Assembly (NCBI GenBank): GCA_035465195.1
Contig: DATHRP010000379.1
Coordinates: 1-29,309, forward strand
Length of the DNA: 29,309 bases
Reading direction: 5' to 3'
Source: Afifellaceae bacterium
GTDB taxonomy: Bacteria; Pseudomonadota; Alphaproteobacteria; Rhizobiales; Afifellaceae
Position 1 is the first letter of the stretch. Every line of letters begins with the position of its first letter. The notes under the pieces were generated by a model that had not been told where the DNA came from, searched no databases, and saw only the letters and a list, made by a program, of their open reading frames with translations. Position numbers and translations under genes: made by a program. Below, piece by piece: positions 1 to 8,132 of the stretch.

Positions 1-1183
1 AGCGCTCGATCGGCGCAGAGGCATCGATCTCCAGCATCTTGCGATAGGGCCGCAATGCGAGGATCAGCGCCCAGGCGAAGAACAGGACGATGAAACTGCC
101 GATAAAGATGATGATCGATTGCGGCACATGCGCCACATGGGCGATACCGCTCAGGAACACTCCGATGGCGATCGTCGCCGAGGCAGTGCCGATCAGGTAT
201 GCGAGGTTCCGGGCTTCGAGGTCCCCAACATCGACGAGACGCCACTTCGGCCGTTTCGGCGCAAGAATTGCGCGCGATAGGCCGATGCTTGCGGAGACCA
301 CGATGATGGCGATGACCGTCTGGTCGACTATTTCCAGTAACCCCGGTGACGCGAGTCCGAGCATGCTTGTAGCCCACCGGGATACGATGAGCCCTGCAAC
401 CGGCACCAGCGTGACGAACACCGCGACAAGACAGGCGACGACCGCCCGGCCGAAATCGGTCGGTTCTTCGTGACCGAAACGGGAGGCGACCATGTCGACC
501 AGGCCATGGCGAAACCTGCGGACGAGAACCAGCGAAAGCGCGCCAAGGAACAGGATCGGCGGAACCAGGCCGATAACGCCGCGGCTGGCGAACCGATGCC
601 CGATGTCGCCGAAGAGCCGGTCGATCCCCCGCAGTCCCTGGGAGGTATCGGCAGCAAATTCCGTCCACAGATCAAGGCCGGCGATCGTACTGCCCCGCTC
701 GAAGATGCGCTGGGCAAACCTGTCCCGTTCGACCGATGCAGCCTTTGCCGCCAGTTGGTTTGCCCGCGTCTGAACGGCGGTCGCACGCTTTGCCAGTTCA
801 TCGACGGCGCCGTATTCCGCGTCGATTTTCGCCTGGTCGCGCGCCAATTCTTCCGACTGCGGCGCTTGCTCGGCCGGCGTATCGCCTTCCGCCGTTGCGG
901 CAGGTTCCAGCGCTTTCCGCCGCGCATGCAGGTCTGTCAGCGGCGGCTGCAGGGCGGCGATGACTGACTGGGCATCGGCGGCGACCTTATAGGCTTCGCG
1001 CCGGTGCTCCACCAGTTCTTCGGCAGTCAGGCCATCACGGTCCAGGGACGCCTCGATTGTATCGAGGATGGCGTTCATCCCGTTAAGTCGTTGGTTGATC
1101 TCTTCAGGCGCTTGGGCAAAGGCGGATAGTGTCCAGACCGCAACGACCAGCCAGAGCATGACGCTTATGCAGCGAATAGGCAC
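1..1183 (-). CDS. DUF3772-domain / MscS-family mechanosensitive channel-like membrane protein, 5' part (runs off the left edge)
   Basis: Not in the ORF track because it has no stop in the window. Manual translation from GTG at 1183 (SD GGAGGAG upstream) gives MPIRCISVMLWLVVAVWTLSAFAQAPEE: signal peptide, long helical region, ERDRFAQRIFERGSTIAGLDLW (DUF3772-like), then TM helices with ILAPKRPKWRLVDVGD. The MscS core would lie outside the window. Confidence 0.8.
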   Translation of the reverse strand, partial: MPIRCISVMLWLVVAVWTLSAFAQAPEEINQRLNGMNAILDTIEASLDRDGLTAEELVEHRREAYKVAADAQSVIAALQPPLTDLHARRKALEPAATAEGDTPAEQAPQSEELARDQAKIDAEYGAVDELAKRATAVQTRANQLAAKAASVERDRFAQRIFERGSTIAGLDLWTEFAADTSQGLRGIDRLFGDIGHRFASRGVIGLVPPILFLGALSLVLVRRFRHGLVDMVASRFGHEEPTDFGRAVVACLVAVFVTLVPVAGLIVSRWATSMLGLASPGLLEIVDQTVIAIIVVSASIGLSRAILAPKRPKWRLVDVGDLEARNLAYLIGTASATIAIGVFLSGIAHVAHVPQSIIIFIGSFIVLFFAWALILALRPYRKMLEIDASAPIER

Positions 1184-1247
1184 TTCTCCTCCGGTCCCCT
1201 GTTCCTCCGCAGAGATTTGTGTCTAGCACATCTGCAGGTCCTTCAAG

Positions 1248-1265
1248 CGGAAATCCGGATTTCCG
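1248..1265. promoter_or_regulatory. Perfect 18-bp palindrome CGGAAATCCGGATTTCCG, putative operator upstream of the MscS-like gene
   Basis: Exact reverse-complement symmetry, 65 nt upstream of the GTG at 1183. The binding factor is unknown. Confidence 0.35.
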
Positions 1266-1295
1266 AAAATCACGACCTGCCGCCGGAGAGACAGC

Positions 1296-1328
1296 AAAAA
1301 GCCGCGCGGGTCCTGACCCGCGCGGCTT
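1296..1328 (-). terminator. Rho-independent terminator of the PilZ gene
   Basis: Minus strand reads AAGCCGCGCGGGT-CAGG-ACCCGCGCGGC-TTTTT: GC-rich stem, 4-nt loop, U tract, about 30 nt after the PilZ stop. Confidence 0.85.
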
Positions 1329-1356
1329 GAAGAGCAGAGTTGTAAAATGGCGAACT

Positions 1357-1638
1357 TCAGGCAGCCACGTGCCGGTCGATCCATTTCAGTTTTTCGTTGA
1401 AGCTGACGCCGGCCTGGCAGCCGCGCTGCCAGCTGGTCGAGACTTCGAGCGTCTTGTTTTCCTTCGTGATATGGAGATGGAAACGCTGGCCCAGCGTGGT
1501 GACGTCATCGAATACGATACGCGCGCCGGCACCGCTGATATCCCTGATCACGCAATCAAAGCCCGTTCCCGAAGCCGCGACGATGGCTCGGGCGCCCTTG
1601 ATGGAACGAATTCGCTTGTGCTTCCTGAGATCTTGCAT
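1357..1638 (-). CDS. Stand-alone PilZ-domain protein (c-di-GMP receptor)
   Basis: RxxxR motif (RKHKR) followed by DxSxxG (DISGAG), 93 aa, SD AGGAGAG before the ATG. Confidence 0.88.
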   Translation of the reverse strand: MQDLRKHKRIRSIKGARAIVAASGTGFDCVIRDISGAGARIVFDDVTTLGQRFHLHITKENKTLEVSTSWQRGCQAGVSFNEKLKWIDRHVAA

Positions 1639-1696
1639 CGGTCTCTCCTGGTCCTCCGTTGATCAACCAGAGCACGCAATCGGGAGGCGCTCAATT

Positions 1697-1712
1697 TTTA
1701 CCATGTGTTAAC
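1697..1712. promoter_or_regulatory. CtrA-like box TTTA-N7-TTAAC upstream of the PilZ gene
   Basis: 8/9 match to the CtrA consensus TTAA-N7-TTAAC in an AT-rich patch about 60 nt upstream of the PilZ ATG. A second TTAAC lies at 1727-1731. Confidence 0.5.
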
Positions 1713-1739
1713 CTTACAGAGCAGAATTAACATGAAACA

Positions 1740-2750
1740 TCATGCCGGCGGACCGGCGGCTTCCGCCGCCTCTGCATGAAAGCGCTCCGACTGGTGTTCG
1801 TACCGGGGAGAAAAATGGAAAAGCTCGAAACGGGCCACCCCTGCACGCCTGGCGATTTCACCGGCCTGACGTGCCGTCAGGTGCATTTTCTCCAAGGCCA
1901 GTTCGGCATCCTCGTCCAGAAAGGCACTCTCGATGAACAGCAGGTCGGAACCCGCTGCCAGCCTGACGGCTTTCCCGATATTGTCCGGCGTGTAGCCGAT
2001 GTCGGTGATATAGGCGATCTTCTGACCGGGCGTTACCTGGACCGCCTCTCGCAACGCATCAAGCCGGAGGACGGCTTCACGCCTGTCGCCGTCGTCCGTC
2101 CAGCGCGCAGTGATCATGGTATCACTCGGCGCGCCGGCCATGATCGCCTGCTTGAGATCATTGAGCCATGGGCCAACGCCCAACTGCATTTCGGCAAGGC
2201 GGTTCCGCCAGATGTTGAGATGTTCCTTTTCCTCGATCGCAAAGCCAAGGCACGGAATACGGTGGTCGAAGTGCTCTGCGCGAACCCGGTATGCCGGCTC
2301 GTCGAGGATTACATTGTCGGCAATGAAACGAACCAGCCTGTCTTCCTGCCGGAATCCATTCCGGAACCGGAACAATGCCGACTTTAGCTGGCGATCTTCC
2401 GAAAATTCCGAAGCGGATATCGCGAAATCGGCGGCATCGCTGCTGGCCAGATTCCAGGAATATCCGCCGAGCTTGCTGGCGACACGGTCGATGAAGCCGG
2501 CCGGGCCGGTCACGGCCAGCACTTTCGGTCGGCCGAGAAGGACTTTCAACAGCCTGTCGAAGCCGCAGAAATGGTCCATGTGGGTGTGGCTGACAAAGGC
2601 ATGGCGAAGCCTCAGCATCTTGCGCGGCGGAAGATTGGCAAGGTCGCCCATGTCGATCAGCAGGGCGTCCTTCTGGTGGAGCATGTCCACGTAGAGGGCA
2701 GGATCACCAAACCGGTCATTGACCAGTTCCGTGTGCAACAGCAAAGACAT
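1740..2750 (-). CDS. MBL-fold metallo-hydrolase, ribonuclease Z-like family
   Basis: HxHxDH (SHTHMDH), later H (EHFDH), D (YITD), FIESAF, KMHLTA and C-terminal LFHFSPRY as in RNase Z, with a long internal arm. Start placed at ATG 2750 (MSLLLHTELVNDRFGDP); the track start at 2810 runs into the promoter region. Confidence 0.85.
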   Translation of the reverse strand: MSLLLHTELVNDRFGDPALYVDMLHQKDALLIDMGDLANLPPRKMLRLRHAFVSHTHMDHFCGFDRLLKVLLGRPKVLAVTGPAGFIDRVASKLGGYSWNLASSDAADFAISASEFSEDRQLKSALFRFRNGFRQEDRLVRFIADNVILDEPAYRVRAEHFDHRIPCLGFAIEEKEHLNIWRNRLAEMQLGVGPWLNDLKQAIMAGAPSDTMITARWTDDGDRREAVLRLDALREAVQVTPGQKIAYITDIGYTPDNIGKAVRLAAGSDLLFIESAFLDEDAELALEKMHLTARQAGEIARRAGVARFELFHFSPRYEHQSERFHAEAAEAAGPPA

Positions 2751-2818
2751 GATAGTGCTATCCGGCGTTGCCGGTATGAATGCAAGCCGATGATGGCGCT
2801 GCTTTCGCATTGTTGCCG

Positions 2819-2832
2819 TTGACGGGCATCAA
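2819..2832. promoter_or_regulatory. FNR/FixK-type box TTGAC-GGGC-ATCAA between the divergent RNase Z-like and CheR-like genes
   Basis: 9/10 match to TTGAT-N4-ATCAA. A minus-strand -10-like CATCAT (2795-2790) places the box near -42.5 of a promoter for the RNase Z-like gene. Confidence 0.7.
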
Positions 2833-2892
2833 TGCTCCCCACGTTTCGATCGGACCACGGTCGGCATTTCCAAGCCCGGAGACAGCCGGTTC

Positions 2893-3741
2893 ATGACGAA
2901 TCAGGATCTGGTCGAGTTCCTGAAATGGTGCCTTCCCGAAATGCGCCTGCGCTGGCCCGGATTCCGGAAAGTCCGCCGCACGGTCCGAAAACGCCTGAAC
3001 AGGCGCCTGCGCACCCTCGGCCTGTCCGGCCTCGCGGAATACAGGCGGAAGCTGGAGAACGATCCGGCGGAATGGGCCGTCCTGGACGAGATCTGCCGCA
3101 TTCCGATTTCGCGTCTCTACCGCGACAGACACGTCTATGACACGCTTGCCGAGCAAATCCTGCCGGACTGCGCCGAAGCGGTACGGCGAAACGGCCGGGA
3201 TAGGATATCCATCCTGTCAGCGGGAAGCGCCTCCGGCGAGGAGCCCTATACCGTGAGCCTGATCTGGTCATTGCGCGTTGCGAACCGGTATCCCGAATGC
3301 GCGATCGATATTCTTGCACTTGATATCGACGAGCGGATGCTCGCCCGTGCCGCAGTCGCCTGCTATCCGCGGGGTGCCTTGAAAGACATGCCGTCGGATA
3401 TTGTCGAAAGCGGCTTCGCGCCGACCGATGGTGAATATTGCCTGCGGCCGGATTTCCGCAGATGCGTCACGTTTAAGAAGCACGATTTGCGCGTTTCGAT
3501 TCCACCCGGCCCGTTCAACCTGATACTCTGCCGCAACACGGCCTTCACCTATTTCGACAGGGCGACACAGGCGATTGTTCTGCAGCAGTTCGTTGCTGCA
3601 CTGAGTACCGGCGGCTATCTTGTCATTGGCTCGCATGAAGCCTTGCCGGACAAAGCCTCCGGTCTTCGGCACCTGTCGCGCGGTCTGCCGATCTTTCGGA
3701 AGGTCGAGATGCAGGGCTGGCGGCCCGGCTCACGTCATTAG
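2893..3741 (+). CDS. Orphan CheR-family SAM-dependent methyltransferase
   Basis: ISRLYRD, SAGSASGEEPYT, ALDID and FNLILCRN motifs of CheR. No che or MCP genes in the window. Confidence 0.88.
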   Translation: MTNQDLVEFLKWCLPEMRLRWPGFRKVRRTVRKRLNRRLRTLGLSGLAEYRRKLENDPAEWAVLDEICRIPISRLYRDRHVYDTLAEQILPDCAEAVRRNGRDRISILSAGSASGEEPYTVSLIWSLRVANRYPECAIDILALDIDERMLARAAVACYPRGALKDMPSDIVESGFAPTDGEYCLRPDFRRCVTFKKHDLRVSIPPGPFNLILCRNTAFTYFDRATQAIVLQQFVAALSTGGYLVIGSHEALPDKASGLRHLSRGLPIFRKVEMQGWRPGSRH

Positions 3742-3823
3742 TCCCGGCCGTATCCGCCATGCCTATATTGCGATCAAACGTATTTGCCGTGATGCGAGGC
3801 TCGTCCCCCTCTCGTGGAACGAC

Positions 3824-5182
3824 TCATGCTTCAACCGGCACTTCAATGGAGGGCGGGCTGGAGCGCGGCTCCCTGACCGAGAGGAGTACCAGTCCACCAA
3901 GCAGAAGGAAGACGATGATCGTCGCCATCCCCGCGCGCTGCGATCCGGAATAGGATACGACGAGCCCCAGCACGAAGGGTCCGGCGAAAGCCGTCGCTTT
4001 GCCGGCAAGGGCGTAAAGCCCGAACATTTCCGTCTCCATCCGCTCGGGCGCCAGCCGGGCCATCAGCGATCGGCCAGCCGCCTGTGCCGGCCCGACGCAG
4101 ACGCCGAGAAGCAGAGCAAACCCCCAAAATTGCCAGTCGACGCGGACAAGAACGAGCCCCGCACCGGCAAGGATCAGGCCGGCAAGCGCCATGAGGATCG
4201 TCCGCTTAGAGCCCATGGCATCATCTAGCCACGCAAAGCCAGCAGCACCGGCTCCGGCAGCGACGTTTAGAACGATGCCGAATACGAGAATATCTGCAGG
4301 TTCCATGCCGAATTCGGCAGCGGCATATATGCCGCCGAACGCGAATCGAGTGAAAAGGCCGTCGGTATAGAACATGTGGGCGATCAGGAACCGGCTGATC
4401 GGCGGATTACGCCGCAACAGGCCAAGCGTACCGCCAAGTTGTCGCAAACCGGCTCTTACGGCCGCTCGCAGAGTCAATCCGGTTGCCGCGCGGTCCGGTG
4501 TCATCATGAACAGCGGCAGCGAAAAGACCACGAACCATAGGGCGACAAGGACCGAAGTCGCTCGCACATGTTCCGCCTGTGCCGTATCCAGCGCGAAGAC
4601 CCTGGCCCCGCCACCCTTGACGATCCAAAGGCACGCCACCAGGCACGCGAGCCCGCCGGCATAACCGAGTGCCCAGCCCCAGCCGGAAATGCGGCCGACC
4701 ATTCCGCGGGGCGCGATATTCGGCAGCATGGCATCATAGAAGACGATGGCGAACTGGTAGGCGATCGACGCTGCGGCATAGAGAACAAGCGCAATCGCCA
4801 CGAAATCCGCCGACGGTTCGACGAGCCAAAGCAACCCTGTCAGAATGGCACAGAAGGCGCTGAAGACGAACAGCCACGGTTTCCGGGGGCCAAGATTGTC
4901 CGAGATGGCGCCGAGCAGCGGGCTGGCGGCCGCAACGACAAGCCCGACCACGGTCACGGCCCGGCTCCAAAGGACCGTGCCTTCCACCGGGTTCGGCGCG
5001 ACCGCTTGGGTAAAATAGGCGGCGAAGATGAACGTCGTGATCACCGTCGGGAAAGCGGAATTCGCCCAGTCGTAAAGACACCAGGCAGCCAGTTCGACCC
5101 GGTTGGCGGTCGCCGCGCGACCCCCGCCGTCCCGCGACGGCGCAGAATCAGTCTCCGGCCTTCCGGTCGCCTTCCCTCGCAA
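3824..5182 (-). CDS. MFS transporter (UMF1/Atg22/BtlA-like family)
   Basis: WCLYDWANSAF start motif, about 12 hydrophobic helices, GRISGWGWALGYAGG, EMFGLYALAGK. The TTG start at 5182 overlaps the upstream gene by 35 nt; the exact start is uncertain. Confidence 0.88.
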   Translation of the reverse strand: MRGKATGRPETDSAPSRDGGGRAATANRVELAAWCLYDWANSAFPTVITTFIFAAYFTQAVAPNPVEGTVLWSRAVTVVGLVVAAASPLLGAISDNLGPRKPWLFVFSAFCAILTGLLWLVEPSADFVAIALVLYAAASIAYQFAIVFYDAMLPNIAPRGMVGRISGWGWALGYAGGLACLVACLWIVKGGGARVFALDTAQAEHVRATSVLVALWFVVFSLPLFMMTPDRAATGLTLRAAVRAGLRQLGGTLGLLRRNPPISRFLIAHMFYTDGLFTRFAFGGIYAAAEFGMEPADILVFGIVLNVAAGAGAAGFAWLDDAMGSKRTILMALAGLILAGAGLVLVRVDWQFWGFALLLGVCVGPAQAAGRSLMARLAPERMETEMFGLYALAGKATAFAGPFVLGLVVSYSGSQRAGMATIIVFLLLGGLVLLSVREPRSSPPSIEVPVEA

Positions 5183-8033
5183 AAACCACCACCTTTTCCG
5201 ACATTGCCGGCTCGCCGCAATGAGCCAGGATCACCGCCCGCGCCTTGTCCCTCAATTGGACTGCGTCGGCGAAATCCTGCCCGCCGGGCGTCAGGGGTTC
5301 AAGCACTTTGACGTTCACGGAACCGCGCCGTGGAAACCATTGTTCGCCGCGCAGGATCGACCGGGTCCCGGTGATGGCGATCGGCAGAACCTCGGCATTC
5401 GCCGCGGCGGCAACGCTGAAGGCCCCGAGCCGGAACGGCAGCAGGCCGGGGATTCTGAAAAAGGTGGCCTCGGGGAAGAACACCAACTGTCCGCCGCCAC
5501 GCACAACATCCTTGAACGCCTCCACCTCTTTCAATCCCGCCTCCGCCGCGGTCCGCTCGGCGAACTGGGCGCCGAGCCTGCGCAGAAACGGACCGGCGAT
5601 GCGCTGCCCGGACAGTTCCTGCTTGGCGACGAAAACCGGCTCCCCGCGTAGTACGGCGCTCATGACAATGGCATCGAAATAGCTTGAATGGTTGGCGACG
5701 ATGACACGATGATCGGCAGCAAGACGATCGGCACCGGACACGTCCAGCGGTATGCCCGCGAGCCACAGGACAGCGCGCGACATGAAGCGCATGAATGCCC
5801 ATCGCCAGCTGCGCCGCGGCAATGCGAGTACAGCCAGCCATGTCACGGCTCCCAGAACGCCGATCACGCTCCACCACCAACCGGCATAGGCGAGATCGGC
5901 CATCATCGCCTTCAGGTGCCGCATCCGTGCCACGACCGAAAGCAGGCGAAGACGGACGACCTGCAGCCAGACAGCCCGGACCGGTTCGCCGAGTTTCCCA
6001 GCTTCGAACAGGTCGCACGTGGTCGAGCGACGGATCTTGCCGCTCGACGTTTTCGGCACGGCGTGCGGCGGAGCGATAATGATCTGATCGGCCGGCATGC
6101 CGAGTACGTCGGTGACCGTTTCGGCAACGCTCTGCTGCAATTGTACCCAGATCGCCGGGTCGGTGCTGCGGGTCTCCGCCACGACGATCAACCGCTCGGA
6201 ACCGGTGGTCGGATCGGCACTTGCGAACGCGGCGACGCATCCTTTCCGGATACCGTCCAGCTCGCCGACGGCCTCCTCGATTTCTTGCGGATAGATGTTG
6301 CGGCCGCCCTTGATGATGATGTCCTTGATCCGGCCGGTGATGAAGATATTGCCGTTGGCGACATAGGCGAGATCACTGCTGTCCAGCCAGCCGTCATGGA
6401 AGAGCGCCCTGGATCTATCCGGATCTCCGAAATAACCTTGCGTCGCCGACGGGCTGCGAAATTCCAGCCGGCCCTGCCGGCGCTCCGCGGCTTCGCGGCC
6501 CATCCGGTCGACAATGCGGATTTCGTTGTCCGGTAGCGGAACCCCGCTGGAGACGAAATTCATCGGATGCCTGTCGTCCGCGCTGGCCGGCAACGCCATG
6601 CCGGATTGCTGCAAGGTCTTGCGGTCCACCTTGTCGATGACCGGTTTCTCGCCGAGCCGCGAGAAGGCCAGTCCGACGGAGTTCTCCGCAAGCCCGTAGA
6701 CAGGTGCCATGGCCTCCGGCCTGAACCCGTACGGTTCGAACCGTTCCGTAAAGCGCCGGATCGTTTCGGGGCTGACCGGCTCCGCGCCGTTCGCGACCAT
6801 GCGCAGCGAACTGAGATCCAGACCTTCGAGCTCGCTGTCTTCGATCTTGTTGACGCAGAGTTCAAAGGCGAAATTCGGTGCGGCGGAAAGCGTGGCGGAA
6901 TTGCGATGGATAGCCCACAGCCAGCTTTCCGGCCGAACGATGAAGCGCAGTGGCGACATAATCACCACTGGTACTGCGTAGTATAGCGTGCCGAACCACG
7001 CACCAATCAGCCCGAGATCGTGATATAGCGGCAGCCAGCTCACGAAGACGTCCTCCGACGTCGCCTCGATCGCCGTCCCCATGGCGCGAATGTTGGCGAG
7101 CAGATTTGCGTGGGTCAGCATGACGCCTTTCGGATCGCCGGTGCTGCCCGATGTGTATTGCAGCATGGCAAGATCATCGGCCTGCCGCTCTACCGAAAAC
7201 ACGTCACCGTCATATTCTTCGAGACCCCCGACGGTGGTGACGCCACGCAGAGATTCGATTTGCCCTGAAAGCAGTCCGGCCAGGGCTTTGCCTTCCGGCG
7301 GCACGAAAAGCAGGACCGCCTCGCAATTCTTGAGGATCTTCGCTTGCCGCCGCAGGTGCTCCTCAAGCTGCGAAAGGCGCATCGGAGGATACATGGGCAC
7401 GGGTACCCCGCCGGCCAGCAGCGTTCCAAAGAACGCTTCGAAGAAATCGCGCCCCGTCGGCAACATGATGCCAACCGAGGCGCCAGGTTCCAGCCCCCAG
7501 GATTGAAGGTTGCCGGCAAGCCGGCCTGCGGCTGCAGCCAGATCGCCATAGGTGATGGTTTCGTTCTCGCGATAACCGTCGGACAAGAGGATATGCGGCC
7601 TGTCGGCATGGCGCCGGACATGCCAGTCCAGGACGCCCGTTAGAGTCGTTTCCGAATCCGGCACCGCTTCGACGCGCACTCGCGGCAGTCCCTCCGCCTT
7701 CCGCACAAAAACTGCGCCGACCCCACCGGCGGACTTCGCAATCTCGGCGACCAGATCGCCAGTGGTGTCGAGCCGGCCGATGAGATCGTCGGGCAGCCGG
7801 ACTTTGAACTCCTTTTCCGTCCGCAGCAGGAGTTCCGAAAGCCCGAGACTGTCGAAGCCGAGATCGCGTTGCAGCGACGATTGCAACGCGGCCTGCACAT
7901 AGCGTTGCGGGTTGAGTTCGTGCGCGAGGCCCTCCACGAGGACCAGCACACGCTGTTCCAGCGCCGATCGATCGTCGCTGGTTGACGGTTGGGAGCGCGG
8001 ACCTTGCCCGTTCATGTTCTTATCGTCCGGCAA
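5148..8033 (-). CDS. Tri-domain acyl carrier protein - fatty acyl-AMP ligase (FAAL) - PlsC-type acyltransferase
   Basis: N-terminal ACP with LGFDSLG (Ser codon 7848-7850). Adenylation domain LQYTSGSTGDPKG, WLPLYHDLGLIG, APNFAF, YGLAEN followed by a long FAAL-type insertion. One or two TM segments. C-terminal NHSSYFD and FPEAT acyltransferase blocks. Start is TTG 8033 or ATG 8015. Confidence 0.9.
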   Translation of the reverse strand: MPDDKNMNGQGPRSQPSTSDDRSALEQRVLVLVEGLAHELNPQRYVQAALQSSLQRDLGFDSLGLSELLLRTEKEFKVRLPDDLIGRLDTTGDLVAEIAKSAGGVGAVFVRKAEGLPRVRVEAVPDSETTLTGVLDWHVRRHADRPHILLSDGYRENETITYGDLAAAAGRLAGNLQSWGLEPGASVGIMLPTGRDFFEAFFGTLLAGGVPVPMYPPMRLSQLEEHLRRQAKILKNCEAVLLFVPPEGKALAGLLSGQIESLRGVTTVGGLEEYDGDVFSVERQADDLAMLQYTSGSTGDPKGVMLTHANLLANIRAMGTAIEATSEDVFVSWLPLYHDLGLIGAWFGTLYYAVPVVIMSPLRFIVRPESWLWAIHRNSATLSAAPNFAFELCVNKIEDSELEGLDLSSLRMVANGAEPVSPETIRRFTERFEPYGFRPEAMAPVYGLAENSVGLAFSRLGEKPVIDKVDRKTLQQSGMALPASADDRHPMNFVSSGVPLPDNEIRIVDRMGREAAERRQGRLEFRSPSATQGYFGDPDRSRALFHDGWLDSSDLAYVANGNIFITGRIKDIIIKGGRNIYPQEIEEAVGELDGIRKGCVAAFASADPTTGSERLIVVAETRSTDPAIWVQLQQSVAETVTDVLGMPADQIIIAPPHAVPKTSSGKIRRSTTCDLFEAGKLGEPVRAVWLQVVRLRLLSVVARMRHLKAMMADLAYAGWWWSVIGVLGAVTWLAVLALPRRSWRWAFMRFMSRAVLWLAGIPLDVSGADRLAADHRVIVANHSSYFDAIVMSAVLRGEPVFVAKQELSGQRIAGPFLRRLGAQFAERTAAEAGLKEVEAFKDVVRGGGQLVFFPEATFFRIPGLLPFRLGAFSVAAAANAEVLPIAITGTRSILRGEQWFPRRGSVNVKVLEPLTPGGQDFADAVQLRDKARAVILAHCGEPAMSEKVVVFAREGDRKAGD

Positions 8034-8093
8034 ACGGAATGTGAGACGCCGGCTGTTCCGCGGCCACTATCGCAGTTCCGGGGGACGGCGCGT

Positions 8094-8107
8094 TTGAAGC
8101 AGATCAA
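8094..8107. promoter_or_regulatory. FNR/FixK-type box (minus strand TTGAT-CTGC-TTCAA) upstream of the ACP-FAAL-PlsC gene
   Basis: 9/10 match. The centre at 8100.5 is exactly -41.5 relative to a start implied by the minus-strand -10 GATAGT (8071-8066), which is class II geometry. Confidence 0.72.
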
Positions 8108-8132
8108 ACACCGCGGGCCGAAGCAGCGCGCG

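Noticed and set aside
90-967. Five ORF-track ORFs in the first kilobase
   Set aside because: All are alternative frames of the real minus-strand membrane-protein gene (GTG 1183), which has no stop inside the window.
1659-1666. TTGATCAA palindrome near the PilZ gene (and TTGCGATCAA near 3768-3777) as further FNR boxes
   Set aside because: The half-sites are too close together; the required 14-bp geometry is absent.
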